Origin: Camelus ferus
Taxonomy: Eukaryota
Assembly (NCBI RefSeq): GCF_009834535.1
Contig: NC_045696.1
Location: 94,614,001-94,678,000, forward strand
Reading direction: 5' to 3'
DNA: 64,000 bases
Shown: one piece after another, positions 23,941 through 38,689 of the stretch
How positions within the stretch are numbered: the first letter of the stretch is position 1
How the letters are laid out: every line of letters starts with the position of its first letter
Notes under the pieces: generated by a model
Told to the model about the DNA's origin: nothing
Database searches by the model: none
The model's input: the letters and a program-made list of their open reading frames with translations, nothing else
Translations under genes and position numbers: made by a program

Positions 23941-25435
23941 TTTTAAGTTAATTTAAACAGCAGTAACTTAAATTGAATAAAATTTGAAAATGCAATGCAT
24001 AAACTTGATAGTACTAAGGCCACTAATTCAAATTAAAAATCTAGGTTAGTTTAATAAATGTGTCACTTTAAAAAAAAATTAACATCATTATTTTCTAAAC
24101 CCAAGATCAGCATTTTCATTTTGCTATTATCATCTGCCAATTTGCAGACAGACTGGTCCCTGAATCTATTTCTGTATCAGAGCAGACCTGGGAAATAATA
24201 GAACACAAGTAATTTATAAAAGTTATGGGTTATATATTTCACTCCTGGATTCCAAGATTTGTTCTTTTAATATTTAATTTTTTAATGGAAATGTTTGGAG
24301 AAAAAAAACAATTCAAAATAGATACTATAAACTTTAGAATAGGTTTATCCACAGTTAAATTTGTTTAAGAGCTATACTTAAATAAGTGATTGGGTAGGAA
24401 ATCATTTAAAAATAAAAACAGACTGTAGCACCACCTGCTCTCCTAGTAAATCATTTCTCCTATAGCATTAAAGGACAGAGATCATCTGTTACGCATTTCC
24501 TTGATTTTAGTGATTAGTACAAGATGTAAGTAATAAATCAAATTTTCCTTACAGCTTTACCTTCTGGCACTACAAAAAAAATTGATAAAACTCCATAATG
24601 TTTAAAGCACAGTGACATTGATGTGAATCAAAGTTTTAAGAATTTTTGAATGAAAATTTTAAATGCTGTAAAAATTATTGATGTATAGTTTAATCTGTTT
24701 GCAACCAATAGCCAAAGAGATGAATTCTGAAGTGCCAAGCCTGAGTTATTCACCATAAAACGCCTTGTTTAATGTTTCTTTAATGAAATCAAATCGTTAA
24801 GATAATGAAAATAAAGAGAAAGGTCAAGTCACTGAGGATAAGCCACTTAACCTTCTATCTTACTGCATATAACAGCACAGAGTAAGAAACCAATCTTCAT
24901 AAATTGAATTTATTTCATATTCCTAATGCTTATGAATAAATCATCTTCTGTAATTAAATAATGTGTGCTGCCTCTCTGAAAACCCTCCTATCAGTTGTTA
25001 GGGTTGGTTTGTGTTTTCCGGATTTGATATATATCTGCTGGCCTCTCCCCGTGGAGTCCGAGCGGAGTGCTGTACCCCTCGGCGCTCCCTGAATCTGAGT
25101 AGCCGAGAAACAAAGGGAGAAGGAGAAGCTAATAAAGACTCCAGCAGTAAAACAGCTCGAGATCATGCTCTCCATTCCTTAAAGTAGCCTGAAATTACAT
25201 TTTATTTCTCACAAAAGAAAGCAACAGGTAATGTCGCTGTACTGTTATTAACGCCCTCCCACACGCTCCATTTTTCCAGAAATCTAATTCAGATGCGGAA
25301 CTTGTGGGTGCGTGGACACGCACTGCCATCGGCACACAACAAAAAGCCCCTTTTACGTGTCTTTTGCTCCAAATAATTTTTTTCTATTTCTGAAATATAA
25401 CTGTCCTCAGATTTGCAAATTTTAAAATATATTTG

Positions 25436-25575
25436 TGGAGGGAGGTAGAGCACATGCTTAGCATGCATGAGGTCCTGGGTTCAATCCCCAGCACCTCCCT
25501 TAAAAAAAAATCAATCAGTCAATCTATCTGTCTATCTGTCTATCTATCATCCATCTCTATCTATAGATATTAAAT
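25436..25575 (+). mobile_element. Vic-1-like SINE with internal deletion and TCTA/TCTG-type tail
   Basis: GGTAGAGCACATGCTTAGCATGCATGAGGTCCTGGGTTCAATCCCCAGCACCTCC followed by A-run and tail; flanked by atatatttg on both sides. Confidence 0.85.
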
Positions 25576-27535
25576 AATATATATTTGAAAGGAGGGAATT
25601 CAGAGTAACAGCCCCTACTACCTTTTAGCATTATGCTTAAAGCACATTTAAAACTCATCCTCATCCTTCTGGAATTTTGCTGATTTTCACCTGAGAAGTA
25701 CATATAAATTTGAGGCTTTTCTTTTACTCCAGTTTTGTTCTATGTTCGTCTGAAGCCAAATGGGGATGGTTCAAGCCTGTTTTGGGTAACTAAAGTAAAT
25801 CAAAAAGAAAAGGTAAGCGTTTTATTTTCTCCAGATAAAACTTAGCCCGCTTCTCATTGTTTTCTGCACAATAAGACATTTCAAGCTAAAAAGCAACTTT
25901 CACTGTGGTCATATATCCTATAAGAGCAGTTCTCTGCAGTTTTACTGCAGGAACACTTATAATGATGATGCTCTCGCTAGAGACAGACTCCCAAGCACAA
26001 TCCCTAGAACGCTCTTACCCCATTCCTTTTTTCTCTTCTCAAGAGAACCCATCAGAATGCAAGTGAATAAGAAGGGCTAACCATGAATAGACTCTGTTTT
26101 GTAAAGCAAACAAAGTAACCATTGCTCAAACTTTCATAATGTAATTACTATTGGTAAATAGTTACGTGTGATACATGGATGTATTACAACCCTGTGGTGG
26201 GGAATTATGTTTAGATTTTTTTTTTTAAATAAAATTTTCCTGGGTATATTCAATTTAAAAAACAGACCCCACTGTTCCTGTTAAATATACCGAAAATTTT
26301 TTACTTGTATTTTAAAGCTACTAAAAACAATTTTCCCATTAAAAAAGAAAAAACTGAGAAAATACAGTCAGTTTTATATCCCAGTATCTGAGACTACAAT
26401 AGCCATCTCATTGTTTTGTTCCAGGTTGTCTACCATTTCCACAACAATCTTTCAAAATTATCTGACTTTGACACCAATTATTTAAAAATCTGAAATGCTT
26501 GAATGGGTGGCGTTAAGATGAATGCTTTATAAGCTCCTTCCTGTTACTCTTTCAAACCTAAAGCATAAGTCACTGAAGCCATCCTCTGATTAAAACGCTG
26601 CATATTACAGTTTGATTCAACAGAAGAATAAATGAAAAGCTCCCTTCAATAAGATGTCTCCATCACATTTACCAACATATACCCAAGGTATGTAATTAAA
26701 AAATTAAGACTTTTATCTTTTAACTCTCGCTAAGGAAGCCCTTTTGTTAATGTTAGCTAGGCACCCAAATTTTCATTTTTAGTAGTTTGTGTTTGCAGCA
26801 TTTACAATCGGAAACTTCTGAAATAACTGTTGCAAATTAATTGACCCCACTTAATCCTACAGCAAAGTAGGTACTAAGAAATATAAAACTAATCCCTAAG
26901 CAGTGAATTAACTTTCAACAAAAAGCCAGAATAGGGGCATCTTACCTAAGTGAACAGGAGACAAACATAATGCTCCTTCAGTGAGGATGGTGACACCACT
27001 GGACAGTCTACAAACTAATGAGGGAATGAAGAAGAAAAGCATTCCAGATTAAGATGTCTGGTGGTGAGTGAACACCTGTAACTTGCTGACCAATGTTTAC
27101 TAGGCTGCATTCTCCTTTCTCCCCTTCACAGCCACATGATGATGCGTGATTGCTTTATATTTGCAATAGACCTGACTTCGGGGAAAATATTCTGGCCACA
27201 CTTTGAACCATGATTATTTGAATAAGAGTTCTATCTATGAGTGTGTGGGAAAGTTTCTGGGAAAAAAGAAATTAGAGAAATGCCTTCTTGGACAAGTGAT
27301 TTGTATGCTTCAAATGCTATGTTAAAGTTCAAGTTAAATAATTCTTTTATAAATTAATTTATAGGTAAATTAATTGAGTCATCATTTTTTTTTTTTTTTA
27401 GCTATAACCCCAACATGGTGGCAGGGCTTTACAAAAGGCTTTATTCAGTTGGAGTAGTTAGATATTAAATGGAGATGAACAGAATGGAGGATTCAATGGG
27501 AAAATATTAAGTCTCTTCACCAAACATAGTACAAA

Positions 27536-27852
27536 CAGTAGTCTCTAAGTATTCTGGGCGGGGCTTGGTTCCAGGACCTCCTCAGATACCAAAATCCTTG
27601 TTTTTGTTTTTCTGCATGGAGGTACTGGGGATTGAAACCAGGACCTTGCTCATGCTAAGCACACGCTCTACCTCTGAGCTATACCCTCCTCCCGAAATCC
27701 TTGGATATGCATATAATTTATAGTTGGCCCTCCATGTATGAGGTTCCTCTGTAAAGGCAGTTTCTCCGTGTCCTTGGTCCCAGCTCCTCCGATTCAACCA
27801 AGGATTGTTTAATATTTCGGTATTTGCTGTTCAAAGAAATCCATGTGGATTA
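27536..27852 (+). mobile_element. MER8/MER2-like Tigger MITE interrupted by a SINE
   Basis: 'cagtagtc...ttggttccaggacc...agataccaaaatcc' and then 'gttggccctcc...gattcaacca...aaatccatgt'. Confidence 0.65.
27601..27691 (-). mobile_element. Vic-1-like SINE
   Basis: Reverse complement of the SINE head; TSD ccaaaatccttg (27589-27600) / ccgaaatccttg (27692-27703). Confidence 0.9.
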
Positions 27853-28389
27853 TCCTTAGAAAGTACTGAAGAGGAAACCCGTAGAAACAAACTATTATGC
27901 AAAGGTTAGCTGTAGCATAATAGTTTCATTTGAGAAATTAGACTTGAAATGAATCTATTTATACATTAATGCTAGCATTGTTTTTATGCTGAATATTTAT
28001 TAGTCTCATTATTTAAAAAACTGCACAATAAAATCATGAAAAAAATGCAACTTCTTCATAACTAGAAATATATATTAACTATATCCAGAGCAGAGACTCA
28101 GAAACAGCATTGACAGTTGCCTCTAATGAACTACAGACATTTGGATTCGAATTTTGTAAACAATGATTATGATGGTCAAAAAATGAAAAAAGAAAAAGAT
28201 TAAAATGTCTTTCATTAACAGAATGAAAATACAGAATAGGAAAACCAAAAGTACAATAATCACAACATACCAACTATTTAATATTAGAATGTAATATAAC
28301 CTACCTTTTTTCTTCAGCGGTAACAACCTGAGTCACAGTTGTATTCCTTGTAGAAACATTTGAAACTAGTTGGCATTTCAGGAGCAGCA

Positions 28390-28605
28390 GCAGTATAGGA
28401 GGCACGCACATGAGAGTAAGAACATGATCTTTGAAGACAGAGAGCAGATATATTAGAAAATCACCTCAGTGACATTTTTTCCTGGACCGCCCCATAAATT
28501 ACTTAACTTCTCTGGGTTTGTGAAAGAAGGAATGTTAGCCTACATGTAGGAGTGTTCTGAAGCTTATATGAGACTGTGTACCTGGCACAGAGGAGTTGCT
28601 AAACA
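28390..28605 (+). mobile_element. MIR SINE fragment
   Basis: 'ttacttaacttctctgg...cctacatgtaggagtgtt.tga...cctggcacag'. Confidence 0.55.
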
Positions 28606-29889
28606 AGCCATTGCGGTTGATCGTTGCAGCTGATAGACAGAGGTGTTTGCGAATCAGCCAGAAATTCAACAGAAGCACAGGGGGCCATCCAGAATTTAAG
28701 TGGCATATAAAATAACACTTCCACCAATAAAAAACAGATTTATATATGTTAGGAGAAATGAACACAGATTTACATAACTCATTAAAAATACAGACTTATC
28801 TATACTACTAAGAGAGACTTAATTCAATCACAAACATTCAAGTCACTAAACTCTAAATATTGGAACTATCAAAATCTTTTTAAATATGCCTTCAAACAGA
28901 ATGCAAAATTCATTTTTTTAGTGTTCTTTCAATAAGCAAACATTTTTCCATGGGAATGTAATAAGCTGTATTGGTCAGGCCATAAAAATTAAGCTATTAT
29001 GGAAAAGTTATTTTTAAATATAACTTCCTTAATTACAAACACATTAAAAATTTAGAATCTAAATTTTTAGAGTTTTTGTAAATTATTAATGAAAACAACT
29101 ATAGCTCTACTGGCTTAAATTGTGTTGTGAGTAATGATCAAAATCCTACCTGCAGCTTTTAAAAAGAACTGTAAATTTTCCCTGATGCTTATTATCTTTA
29201 TGTATATCACCACATGGATATGTATAGTATAACCTAAAATAACTTAATCTTATCTGGAAGGCCTACAATTTAATTATAAATCGAATGCAAAAAAATGCCA
29301 TTCTTTCCCTGGCACTCCAGGTTTCCCTAGTTCCTATTATTCCCTCAAATATATATTTTATTAAGAGGGAAAAAAGTACATTGAACAGTTCAACTGACAT
29401 TGAACTGTGTCATATTTAATTGATATCCAGACTCTTAAAACATATCATTATAAAATAAATTTAGTTTGAAAATCACTCTCATAATATTCATAAAATGGAA
29501 GCCGATTTTGAGTGACACGAAATTTCTAAGTGCTGACATTCACTTGTAAAAGAGAACTGAAGAATTCAGGGTAGTCAAAATGAATCATTAGGAATTAGAC
29601 ACATTTTCAAACTTCTTAATTTAAAAGAGATGCCAACTTTTCAATTTTAGTATCTTGTTTCCATTATTGAAAAAATACATAATACCTCCTCCTAAGTCCA
29701 AATGCTTTACCTTGAGAAACAATTATTTTTTAATGCTTTTTTCATAATCTTTTTTTCTGCAATGAAACCCTTGAACTCTAGAGACATTATTTTATCTTGA
29801 GAAGTTGCCTGCATGTGAATCAAAAAAGATAGGAAAGAGAACAAGACACATAGCTATAAAACTCAGTTATGTGTTGCACTGTACACACC

Positions 29890-30030
29890 TCAGATGCTCT
29901 AAGTGAGGTCCATGGCCAGCAGCTTCTGCGTCATCACAGAGCTTGTCAGAATCTCAGAATCTCAGACCTACTCAGTGAGAACCTGCATTTTAGTAATATC
30001 TGAGAGTGATTTGCATACATATTAAATTTT
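29890..30030. mobile_element. MER5B-like MITE
   Basis: 'ggccagcagc...gagcttgtcagaa...gaatctcagacctactc...ctgcatttta'. Confidence 0.6.
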
Positions 30031-30938
30031 TATCTGTGATGGTAAAACAATCTAATACACTGCTTTTAGAAACATCCAATTCTTAGATCTTATCAATAAT
30101 GAAGTTAAGTTGATTCAGTGATGAAGTTACTCTATGTACATACTAAAAACTAGGAAATCAGAGCTGAAAGTCACTTTAGAACTGTAATTTCCCATGAAAC
30201 TCCACTTCTAGGAGAAGTAGTTGGGGGGAGAAAAGTCTATTCCAGATGTTCTATCCTGAAGCTGTCTCTTCGCTATCACTCAGCCTTCACTTTTTCTTTT
30301 TTGAGCCCAAAAAGCCAATTTCAGGAAACAGTCAATTACATTAGAAAAAAGCTTTCTACCAAAGTGAGATTATTAAAGACATTAAACTCTTAATTAAGAA
30401 AGAGATCACACAATTATTTGGCTTTATTTCACGGAGGAAGAAACAACTGTGTGCTATTTCTTACCACACCATACAGGTATACTAAGTAAACTTTGTCATG
30501 TAATTCTAAGAATACTATGTTTAGGGACAAAATAAACCAGTTGTTCTCAGTATGAAAGCAATAGATGGTCATCCAAATTCCTCAAGAAAGTTATACTGAG
30601 TTTTTATCTCCTTTTAAAGAGTAGATGATTACTTGAAGTTCTAGAGAATCAGAAATAGTTCAAACAGAGCTCCACAGGAAGTAGGAAATAAGGCTCATCA
30701 TGTCCTACCCAAGAGAATCTGAACAGCTGTTCTTTAATTTGGGAGGCTGGCTGATGACTGTGACAAGTGATGCCTAAGACTTAACTGCGTTGGAGTCGGA
30801 ACATTTTTTATTCCCTATTTGACGAAATGGAAGAGAGGAGAGATTAACTACAGGGAAGAGAGATGTGGAGACAGAGATAGCCCCCCCCCTCCATCCTTTA
30901 TGTAGTAACATTGATTCGGTGGTAGGAAATTAGTGTAT

Positions 30939-30971
30939 ACACATACACACACACACACACACATACACACA
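30939..30971. repeat. (CA)n microsatellite
   Basis: Directly visible, imperfect. Confidence 0.95.
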
Positions 30972-32083
30972 GAAACAACTGTCTAAAGCATGCTCTCATC
31001 CTTTTGTAGCCCATTCATCACAATGGGATTGAGCAAATCATCCCTCCAATTGCCACAAGATTCACCCACTTCATGCTAAGACACCTTGTGGCTGCTATGC
31101 CCCACCTTCATTTCTAGTCCTTCCTCAGTGCTAACCTTGAGGTCATCAAAACAGTTTTCTTACAAGACTCGATTTAAAATGGAGGCAATTAAAAAGTGAT
31201 TTTGAAATTTTCTGAGGAAGTCCTAACGCAGTTCAGAGTATATCATTTTCATCCACGCCTGATTTTTCCACATTGTCACTTAAAACACAATTACATGATT
31301 TGTGCTGAGGGGTCTGAGTTTTTCCTATAATCGTTCAAGAATGCAAAGTAGATTAATTAAATTGGGGGGGGGGGAATTTATCTTTATTACCAGTTAAAAG
31401 GAGATTAATATATTTTCTCTAATTTACAGAATTAGAGAACTTAATCATGGCTTTATGATAAAGCACACACGCTTCTGAAAAAGTGAATTAACAGCAAAGA
31501 ACGCATAGTGCATTATCTCCATTCATTGTCTCCCAGTACATATTTTAACTCCTTCCTCTCAATGAAGACGATAACGTTTTTTGTTAGCTCCACAAGCAGT
31601 CATCAAACAGCTACTACACAGAAAAGTGTTTTTGCAATTTGTCCTGAGAAGCCCATTTTATCAGGAAGATAATATTAGTAAGTTTTAGAATTGCCTTTTT
31701 AAAATGGTATTGTAATTCAAATGTTATTTGAATATACAGATCGGATCTCCATGCACAAAATAGAAGGCTTGGTGGTTCAGAACTGGGATTGTAGATGTCA
31801 CGAACATGGGCTGATTCTGGAATGAGAAATTAAAATACAATATAAACAAGAGCCAGATGAAACATCAGCAAGTTATCAATTCTTTACTCCTGCAGTTGTT
31901 TTTAGAATCACTGTGAGGTTAAGCCAACATCCTCTTTTCAAGGCGTGTCCCAAAAGCAGTCTGCAGCGGAGGTTATGCTGAACTGGGAGTTGGCAACCTG
32001 GTTTTATGTCCATCTTAGCCATTAGCTAACTTTGTTGGGCAAATCACACTTCTGGGCTCCAGCATTATCAGCTTTAACTATCT

Positions 32084-32249
32084 CAGTGATTCTCAAGTTG
32101 AAGACAAGCAGCATCAGTACCACCTGGGAATTTGCTAGAAATGTTGCTTCCCTGCCTCCATCCTGTACCTACGGAATTAGAAACTCTGGGCTTCAGCAAT
32201 ATATGTTTTAACAAGCCATCCAGATGACTCTGATGCACTCTCAAGTTGG
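32084..32249. mobile_element. MER5A MITE inserted in a MIR
   Basis: 'cagtgattctcaag...agcagcatcagtaccacctgggaa...ttagaaactctggg...tttaacaagcc...ctgatgcac'. Confidence 0.75.
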
Positions 32250-33239
32250 ATTATATGATCTCTTAAGTTTCTTCTAGTTGTGAGGCAATTAGCAAGTAGA
32301 ACCACCTATTCATGAACTTAAAGGTTTAATAAGTTAAGGATTACGTCTTACTGAGCCCCAATGCCTAAAATGTTTCAATAAATGAATGAACAATTGGGGA
32401 CATCAGCTCCATGGTAAAGTAATCTCATCCCCCCACAAATTCCAATTACGACTTGTCTATGACTATTTTATGGTAAATACCACCCTTTTATTACTGTCAC
32501 CCTGTTATTACTGTCATTTGGGTATATGCCTTATCTTTTCTACACAACAGGCACCATTCATAACAGATTTTCCTTCATATGTCACATAGAACAGTGGCTC
32601 TCACACTTTAAGCATGGATAAACACATCTGGAACATGCATTAAAACACATTGTTCCGCCTCACCCTTAGAGTTTCTGATAGAGTAGATCCAGGTGTCCAA
32701 ATTAAAAAAAAAATTATTTAAGAAACATCCAGTCCATGATAATACAAATTCAAACCGTTACCTAGTAGTTATTTGTATTATAAAATAATTTAGCTGTTAC
32801 TGAATGATTCAAAGGTGGGTCCATTAAATAGTAAGTTTTTTAAATGCATCTTAAGTATGATTTAATTTTTATACACAGTTTTCCCCCAAATCATACTCAC
32901 TGCATAAATTAAGGCATACCTGTATTAGGAAAAAATCCAGTGCAGAGTAGGGCAAAGGTTTATAACACAATATACTAGTTTCCTAAAAGTTCTAAAGCTC
33001 TTTTAACTTTGCTTCCGGTAACTTTACAGAAAATTTAAGTCGCATTAACACTGTAATAGCATTGCCATTCCAAGCTATACATTTTAAGAACTGATGAATA
33101 AAAGCAGGCCACAAATTTCCATTCTACAACATTTGCCTGCAGTTGCTGCAGAACTTTGAAATACTCCAACTTTGCTGTGGTAATTGTGACCTACTTTAAG
33201 CGTTGCTGTCAAACTGACTTCCATTCCCCTTGTGACTAA

Positions 33240-33370
33240 TTGTTCATTCATTGATTCAACTAATGCTGAGTGTTGATTCACAACAAGCTCTCCAGTAGGC
33301 ACTGGGGTTAAAAGGGTGAGTCCTTGCGCTTACAGACTTACCTTCCAGTGGAGGAAATCAGTAATAAAAC
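33240..33370 (-). mobile_element. L2 3' end fragment
   Basis: 'tcattcattgattcaac...taggcactgggg...cttaccttccagtgg'. Confidence 0.55.
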
Positions 33371-36300
33371 TCAATGTATAAACATATTAAATATATTGAA
33401 GGCACAGATGGTATCTTATTCTTGGTACAGTACTTATTTGGTGCCCAATATTTAATTGACTACATAAATGTATTCTTCATGGTTTGCAGATGGCCATGTC
33501 CTTAAAATAAAACAAGGACATAGCATCTTATAATACAGTATTCTAATCAAATAGTTTAAAAAAGTTCTGATACTTATTTTTTGAGACTCTAACTCAAGAT
33601 CTATAATGTCAGTTAAGAAACTTCATTCATACATACTATACATCATGAATTTACATGCTCAATTTAATATTTTTTTTCTGATTCAAAACATAGTAAAATA
33701 TTATGGCTGAAATCCTAAGTAAATCCTTCTTCTATTACTTGGCAATCCACCGATTCTCAGTCTGTGGAGTCTACAAACACAGCATCACTCCCCACCTTCC
33801 TCTACCTTCTATTCCTGGAAACCAAACACTTAATCTAAGGAAAGATGAAAGTTAATTAGAGTTATATTGCATATATTATCCATGGCATGAAGCAGGGAGT
33901 TATATAAGAGAGGTAAATTATGGTTGCTATGGGAATCATAATTTAGTATTTGGGACAAAATCTTTAACTCTATTCAGGTCAACTACAATTTTTTAAAGAA
34001 TAATACCAAGAGAAAAATACTCTGAAAGATCAATTTTTAAAATACATTTATAGAGATTTCATTTTTGCTCCAAAATGCACATAAAGAATCGCCAAGAAAA
34101 TACCTGTTTCACAAACTCGAATAAGGGAATGAAATTTCAGTGGCACTGATACTGACAGCGATCATAAAATCACTCTTTCTTTACAGCAGTCATTATTTGA
34201 TTATTTATGATAAAATATTTCACTGCTTAATGAAACCAGGCTCTATACAAAGTTTGAATTCTGATACTAAAAATGTGAAAATTAGGTTCCTGTAATCTAT
34301 TTAAGTTCTGATCTGTAATACTTTAAACTCCATTTGGAATTCATTGCAGACAACAAAATCTGTTCATTTTCTCTGGCAAATGAAAGATTGTGCTCTCAAT
34401 AGTCAAAGAGGGCCAGGCTTGGGAAGTAGGAAAAGAAGATAATTTAGGCGATCTGAAATTTTTTTCTCATGAAAATTGGCAGTTCTCACTGAATGGCACT
34501 GTGTTATCATTCTGATAATTTTTATCACATAATTTTTTTAAACTGCATAAAATGCTTCTAGGAGGCCAACTTTTTGTGTATTTATTTCTGGTATGTTATC
34601 TACTTTACACATTATCCCAAACTGTTAACACCAAAAAAAGCACTATAGGCCCATTGTGCGTGTATTTTTGATGCTTTACTATAGGCTGGTACAAATCAAT
34701 TATAGTACTTGTAATCAAGCAGGTAAATATTTTGCCAAAATCACCACCACCATGATAAATCCAAACAACCACTGTATGACTTTTGGATAATTCACATACA
34801 AGCTTTTTTTTTTTTCTATTCATGAAATGCCACTCTTCCAAGGAAAGAGTTAAAAAGGAAAATTATTAGTAATTTTGCTACAAAACGTAAACTAGAGAGA
34901 GTTCATGATAATACTTTGACCAAATAGTCAAATGATAATTAATCAAGGAAAAGGGTGAATTTCATTTCCACTAAAAACGTTGCATTGAAAATCATTTCTA
35001 AGGTATAAAAGGTAAATGCAAATAATGACATTGCAAAACATCCTACACGATTAATTTATTTGTTTACATTTATGACACATATATTTCTTGGCTATGAGCT
35101 ATAGTGATTCATAACTGAATACTTCTCTCATTATAGACTTTTTAATTAGAAAGAAAATGTAATACTCCCCAAAGCCAATGAAACCTAGAGTTAAAAATAG
35201 TTGCCGAACAGCACAGATTATAAAAGGGGGAAACAGAGAATAAGAAAAATAAGAAATTTAGATATACCAAATCTGTTTTCTCCATCTTAACTGTGATCAC
35301 ATTACCAATTAAATTGGACGTTTCCATTTTCAACTTAATACAAAGATAGAACAGAGAGTGAAATATCTCTGTTAACACCATCCATGCTAATACAAGATTG
35401 CTCGCAACTTCAAGAAGCAAGTTTCAGCTACCCAAATCATTCAGCTACCCAAATACACTTTCACCAAACAGTACTTTTTATTGTAAAGAATTATTTTATT
35501 TACTGCCTACCTTTCTTAGAGACTCTTCTAGCTGGTTAGAACCTTTGGATGGGCTTGGAGACTGTTCTCGTTCAGGTACAGAGCTGTCACGCCTCCTACT
35601 TACTAGGAATGTGAGATTTCCAAATGTGCCCCTGTGAAGTGTAGAATCATAATTGTCCCATCAGATAGGGTCTCTTGTTGCTTGAAGTTTTTAGAGGTAT
35701 ACTGCAGAGGTTTTAAGATATCTGTTTCAAATAAAACTTAAGATCAAAAACGATCGTGACTGGTTCCGAGTGAATTAAGGAGCATGGTCATTGAGTTAAT
35801 TTCACATTAATGAACTTGCTGACAGGAAATACTTAATGCTGTACTTCAGGGGTTGGCAAGCACAGCGTAGGCGCTCACTAAAGACCGCTGGATTCCAGAG
35901 GAACCTCGTTACAAGGCAACCACCACTGCCTCTGCTGCCCGCTTCTTGACAGCCTGGCGGGGGGTTTGGGCACAGGTAGGTGTGTGCAATTAAACAACAG
36001 GGGTCTGCTCTGGACATACTCAAGTCATCTGCTCTAGAGGTGGCTAAGAAAAAGGAAGACAAGGGAAGGAAGGAGGAACTGTAAAAGTGAAAATAAAGAG
36101 GGATGGGAGGCATAGAACACATCCTTTCTACCCCAAAGTGAGGAGTTCAGGTGTGAAATAAGGGCCTGGATTAATGGGAAAGAGATTGAGAGGTGAAGTG
36201 GAGGAAGCTGGGTGAGGCTGAAAACCTTCCAGACGTCTCCCAGTGGAGGTTTAGGGACCCCAAACAAAGCTGCAACACTGCTGCCGTCAACATCCCTTTC

Positions 36301-36650
36301 GGGATTCCTCCTGTACTTCTAGGTTCCTCTACTTAGAATCAGCATGCCCCCGGGTACCCTCCGACCCCAGCCAGAGCATACCTTCCTTTTGAATCACATT
36401 CCTTCTTCTTTCAGGTAACTAAAATCACCAGGAAACCTCAGTCCCTCAAAACTGTGTTTTTCTCTTAGGTGTGACTTTAATGAGTTGAGGAAAGTGCTAT
36501 TGTCCCAAGCACAACAGAGAACACTGATATTTTAAAAGAGAAGCATTCATGGCAGTGCTCCGGAGGAAGGAAAAGTCTTAACTGCTCCCAGGTTCAACCC
36601 GTCTCTGTCCTGGTTTGTGCTTTCTCCAACTGCACCCAGTCAGTTTCAGA

Positions 36651-36880
36651 GTAGTGGTTCTCAACTGTTAAGCAGCACCCACTCCCCCTCCTCCCCGGGA
36701 ATTCGTTGGCAATGTCTGCAGACTTTTCTGGTTGTCACAACTCGGGTGGGAAGGGGTGCCACTGGCATCTAGTGGGTAGAGGCCAGGGATGCTGCTGAGC
36801 ATCCTGAAACACACAGGACAGCTTCACAAACAAGAATTATCCACCCCCCCAATATTAATAGCACAGAGGTTGGACAACTC
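36651..36880. mobile_element. MER20 hAT MITE
   Basis: 'tggttctcaac...ggcaatgtctg...ggttgtcacaact...ctggcatctagtgggtagaggccagggatgctgct'. Confidence 0.85.
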
Positions 36881-38689
36881 AGAGTTAAGAGTGGACTTCA
36901 TTACAGTAGCGTTACCTCCTATCCCATAGGCTTCTCCACCTCTGGCCAGCAGAAGCCCTAAGCCTCAGTAAATCCTGCGTCATGGTGAATCAGACTTGGA
37001 CACGAGGAAATCCTCTAGGGTTGGAAGAATGCAGGAATGAGGGTGTGGGCAGAGGAATGATTCCACCTCAGCCTGCAGTGACTCCCTTCTCAGCTCTGTC
37101 CCACTCTCCTGCCTTGGCACCCAGAGTACTGAGCCCGCCTGCGGAACACTGCCAAAATGATGGAGGAAAATATTCCATTGCCCCTACCACTATTTATGCC
37201 TCCTCAGTGATGAAATAAAAGCTGGTTTGTACAAAAATGCAGGAAAACTGTTTTGCCCTCCAGATTAGTTTTTTTCTTTTTTTATTACTGGCCCCACCTT
37301 TCAAGGTATAAAATTCTCTCAAAGAAAGGGTCTTTGGGTTATTTCTCATTTTTTTTTGGCCTCAGCAAAAGATTAATGAGGAAGAAGAGATGGTCTGGAA
37401 ATATTTTCCTGCTGTTTTAAGTATATGAAAATGAATGTTCCTATGATTGAATTCATTTTTAAAAAATTTCCTTTATCATTTTAAAAAATGAAATGCAAAG
37501 GCTATACTCATACCAAAGGGTAATATCTGTTTAGTGGGTAATCTCCCCTAACTAGTAGGATCTGTTTCAGTCTGGACCTCAAACTGCGTGAAAAATGCTT
37601 TTTCCTTTACATTATTACATGGAAAACACATTTATATAGCCATTAGTTAAGCAGTTCTTAGATTTTTTTTATCAATTAACATTGATTACACTTGTGACAG
37701 AGAAAACAGTTTGCATAAAGCCAATGTGGATGAATGAAACAATATACAAAAAGACAAATAACATGTAACATGATAAGGTAAAGCTAAGATAACCAAACTC
37801 AGAGTAAAGAGCTTCCACCTCAAGCCTTTTTTTCTACTAGAGGCTGAATGATGTTGAAATCCAACTTAGAGATATATTTGCAATTCTCTTAACTAATTAC
37901 AATGTAGAGTGGAAAACTATCTAAAATATGTTTTTAAAATATATCTTATTGACATGTATGTTCTTACAGAATTACGCTGGTACTAGTACAGATCTCTAGA
38001 GGGTCTTTTCTTGAAAGAGATGTAATTCAACATAATGTTAGCCTTTAGAGAGAATATTTTGAAATATTAACGTGTATAATATTAAGTAACATTAAAATAT
38101 TCTGAGTTCATGACTCAACCCAGATTTTATAAATTCTCAGATGTAAAATGTGAAGGCCTTTACTTTAGCTATAAAACATACTAAGTTTGCATCTCATAAA
38201 TGGTTGTATAATAATCAGATTTTTTAAAAAATTACTTATTTCAGATGAATGATTCTGCTGTCTGTAATTCTATAATTTTCCACATTTAAGAAGTATGTTA
38301 TTAAATTCATGAGATAGTCTACCCCAAATAGTCACTAGAAATCATTTTGCAGACTGCAGGAGGTTAGTAACGACAGCCCCTTCACTTCGTAAGGTTTTGC
38401 AATAATTGTTATTATTAGTCCCTCTCGTAGCTTGCTGCCCAGCCTTTCTTTCTGGTTGCCTTCTTCCAATAAGCACTAAAGGCGTGAGAGCAAGAGCTTC
38501 TGTATAAGATAACTATAAGCTTAGCAAACTTAAAACATAAGCTTAATTCTTTGGCACACTCATTTTTAGGAGATTATCTTTTTTAAAAGAAAATACTCTA
38601 CCCTGAATCTTCTTTACACGAGGAACCCCCAAAGACCTTACGCCAACAATCGCTTCTTTACAAATATAACCTAAATTGTCCTTTTCTTT

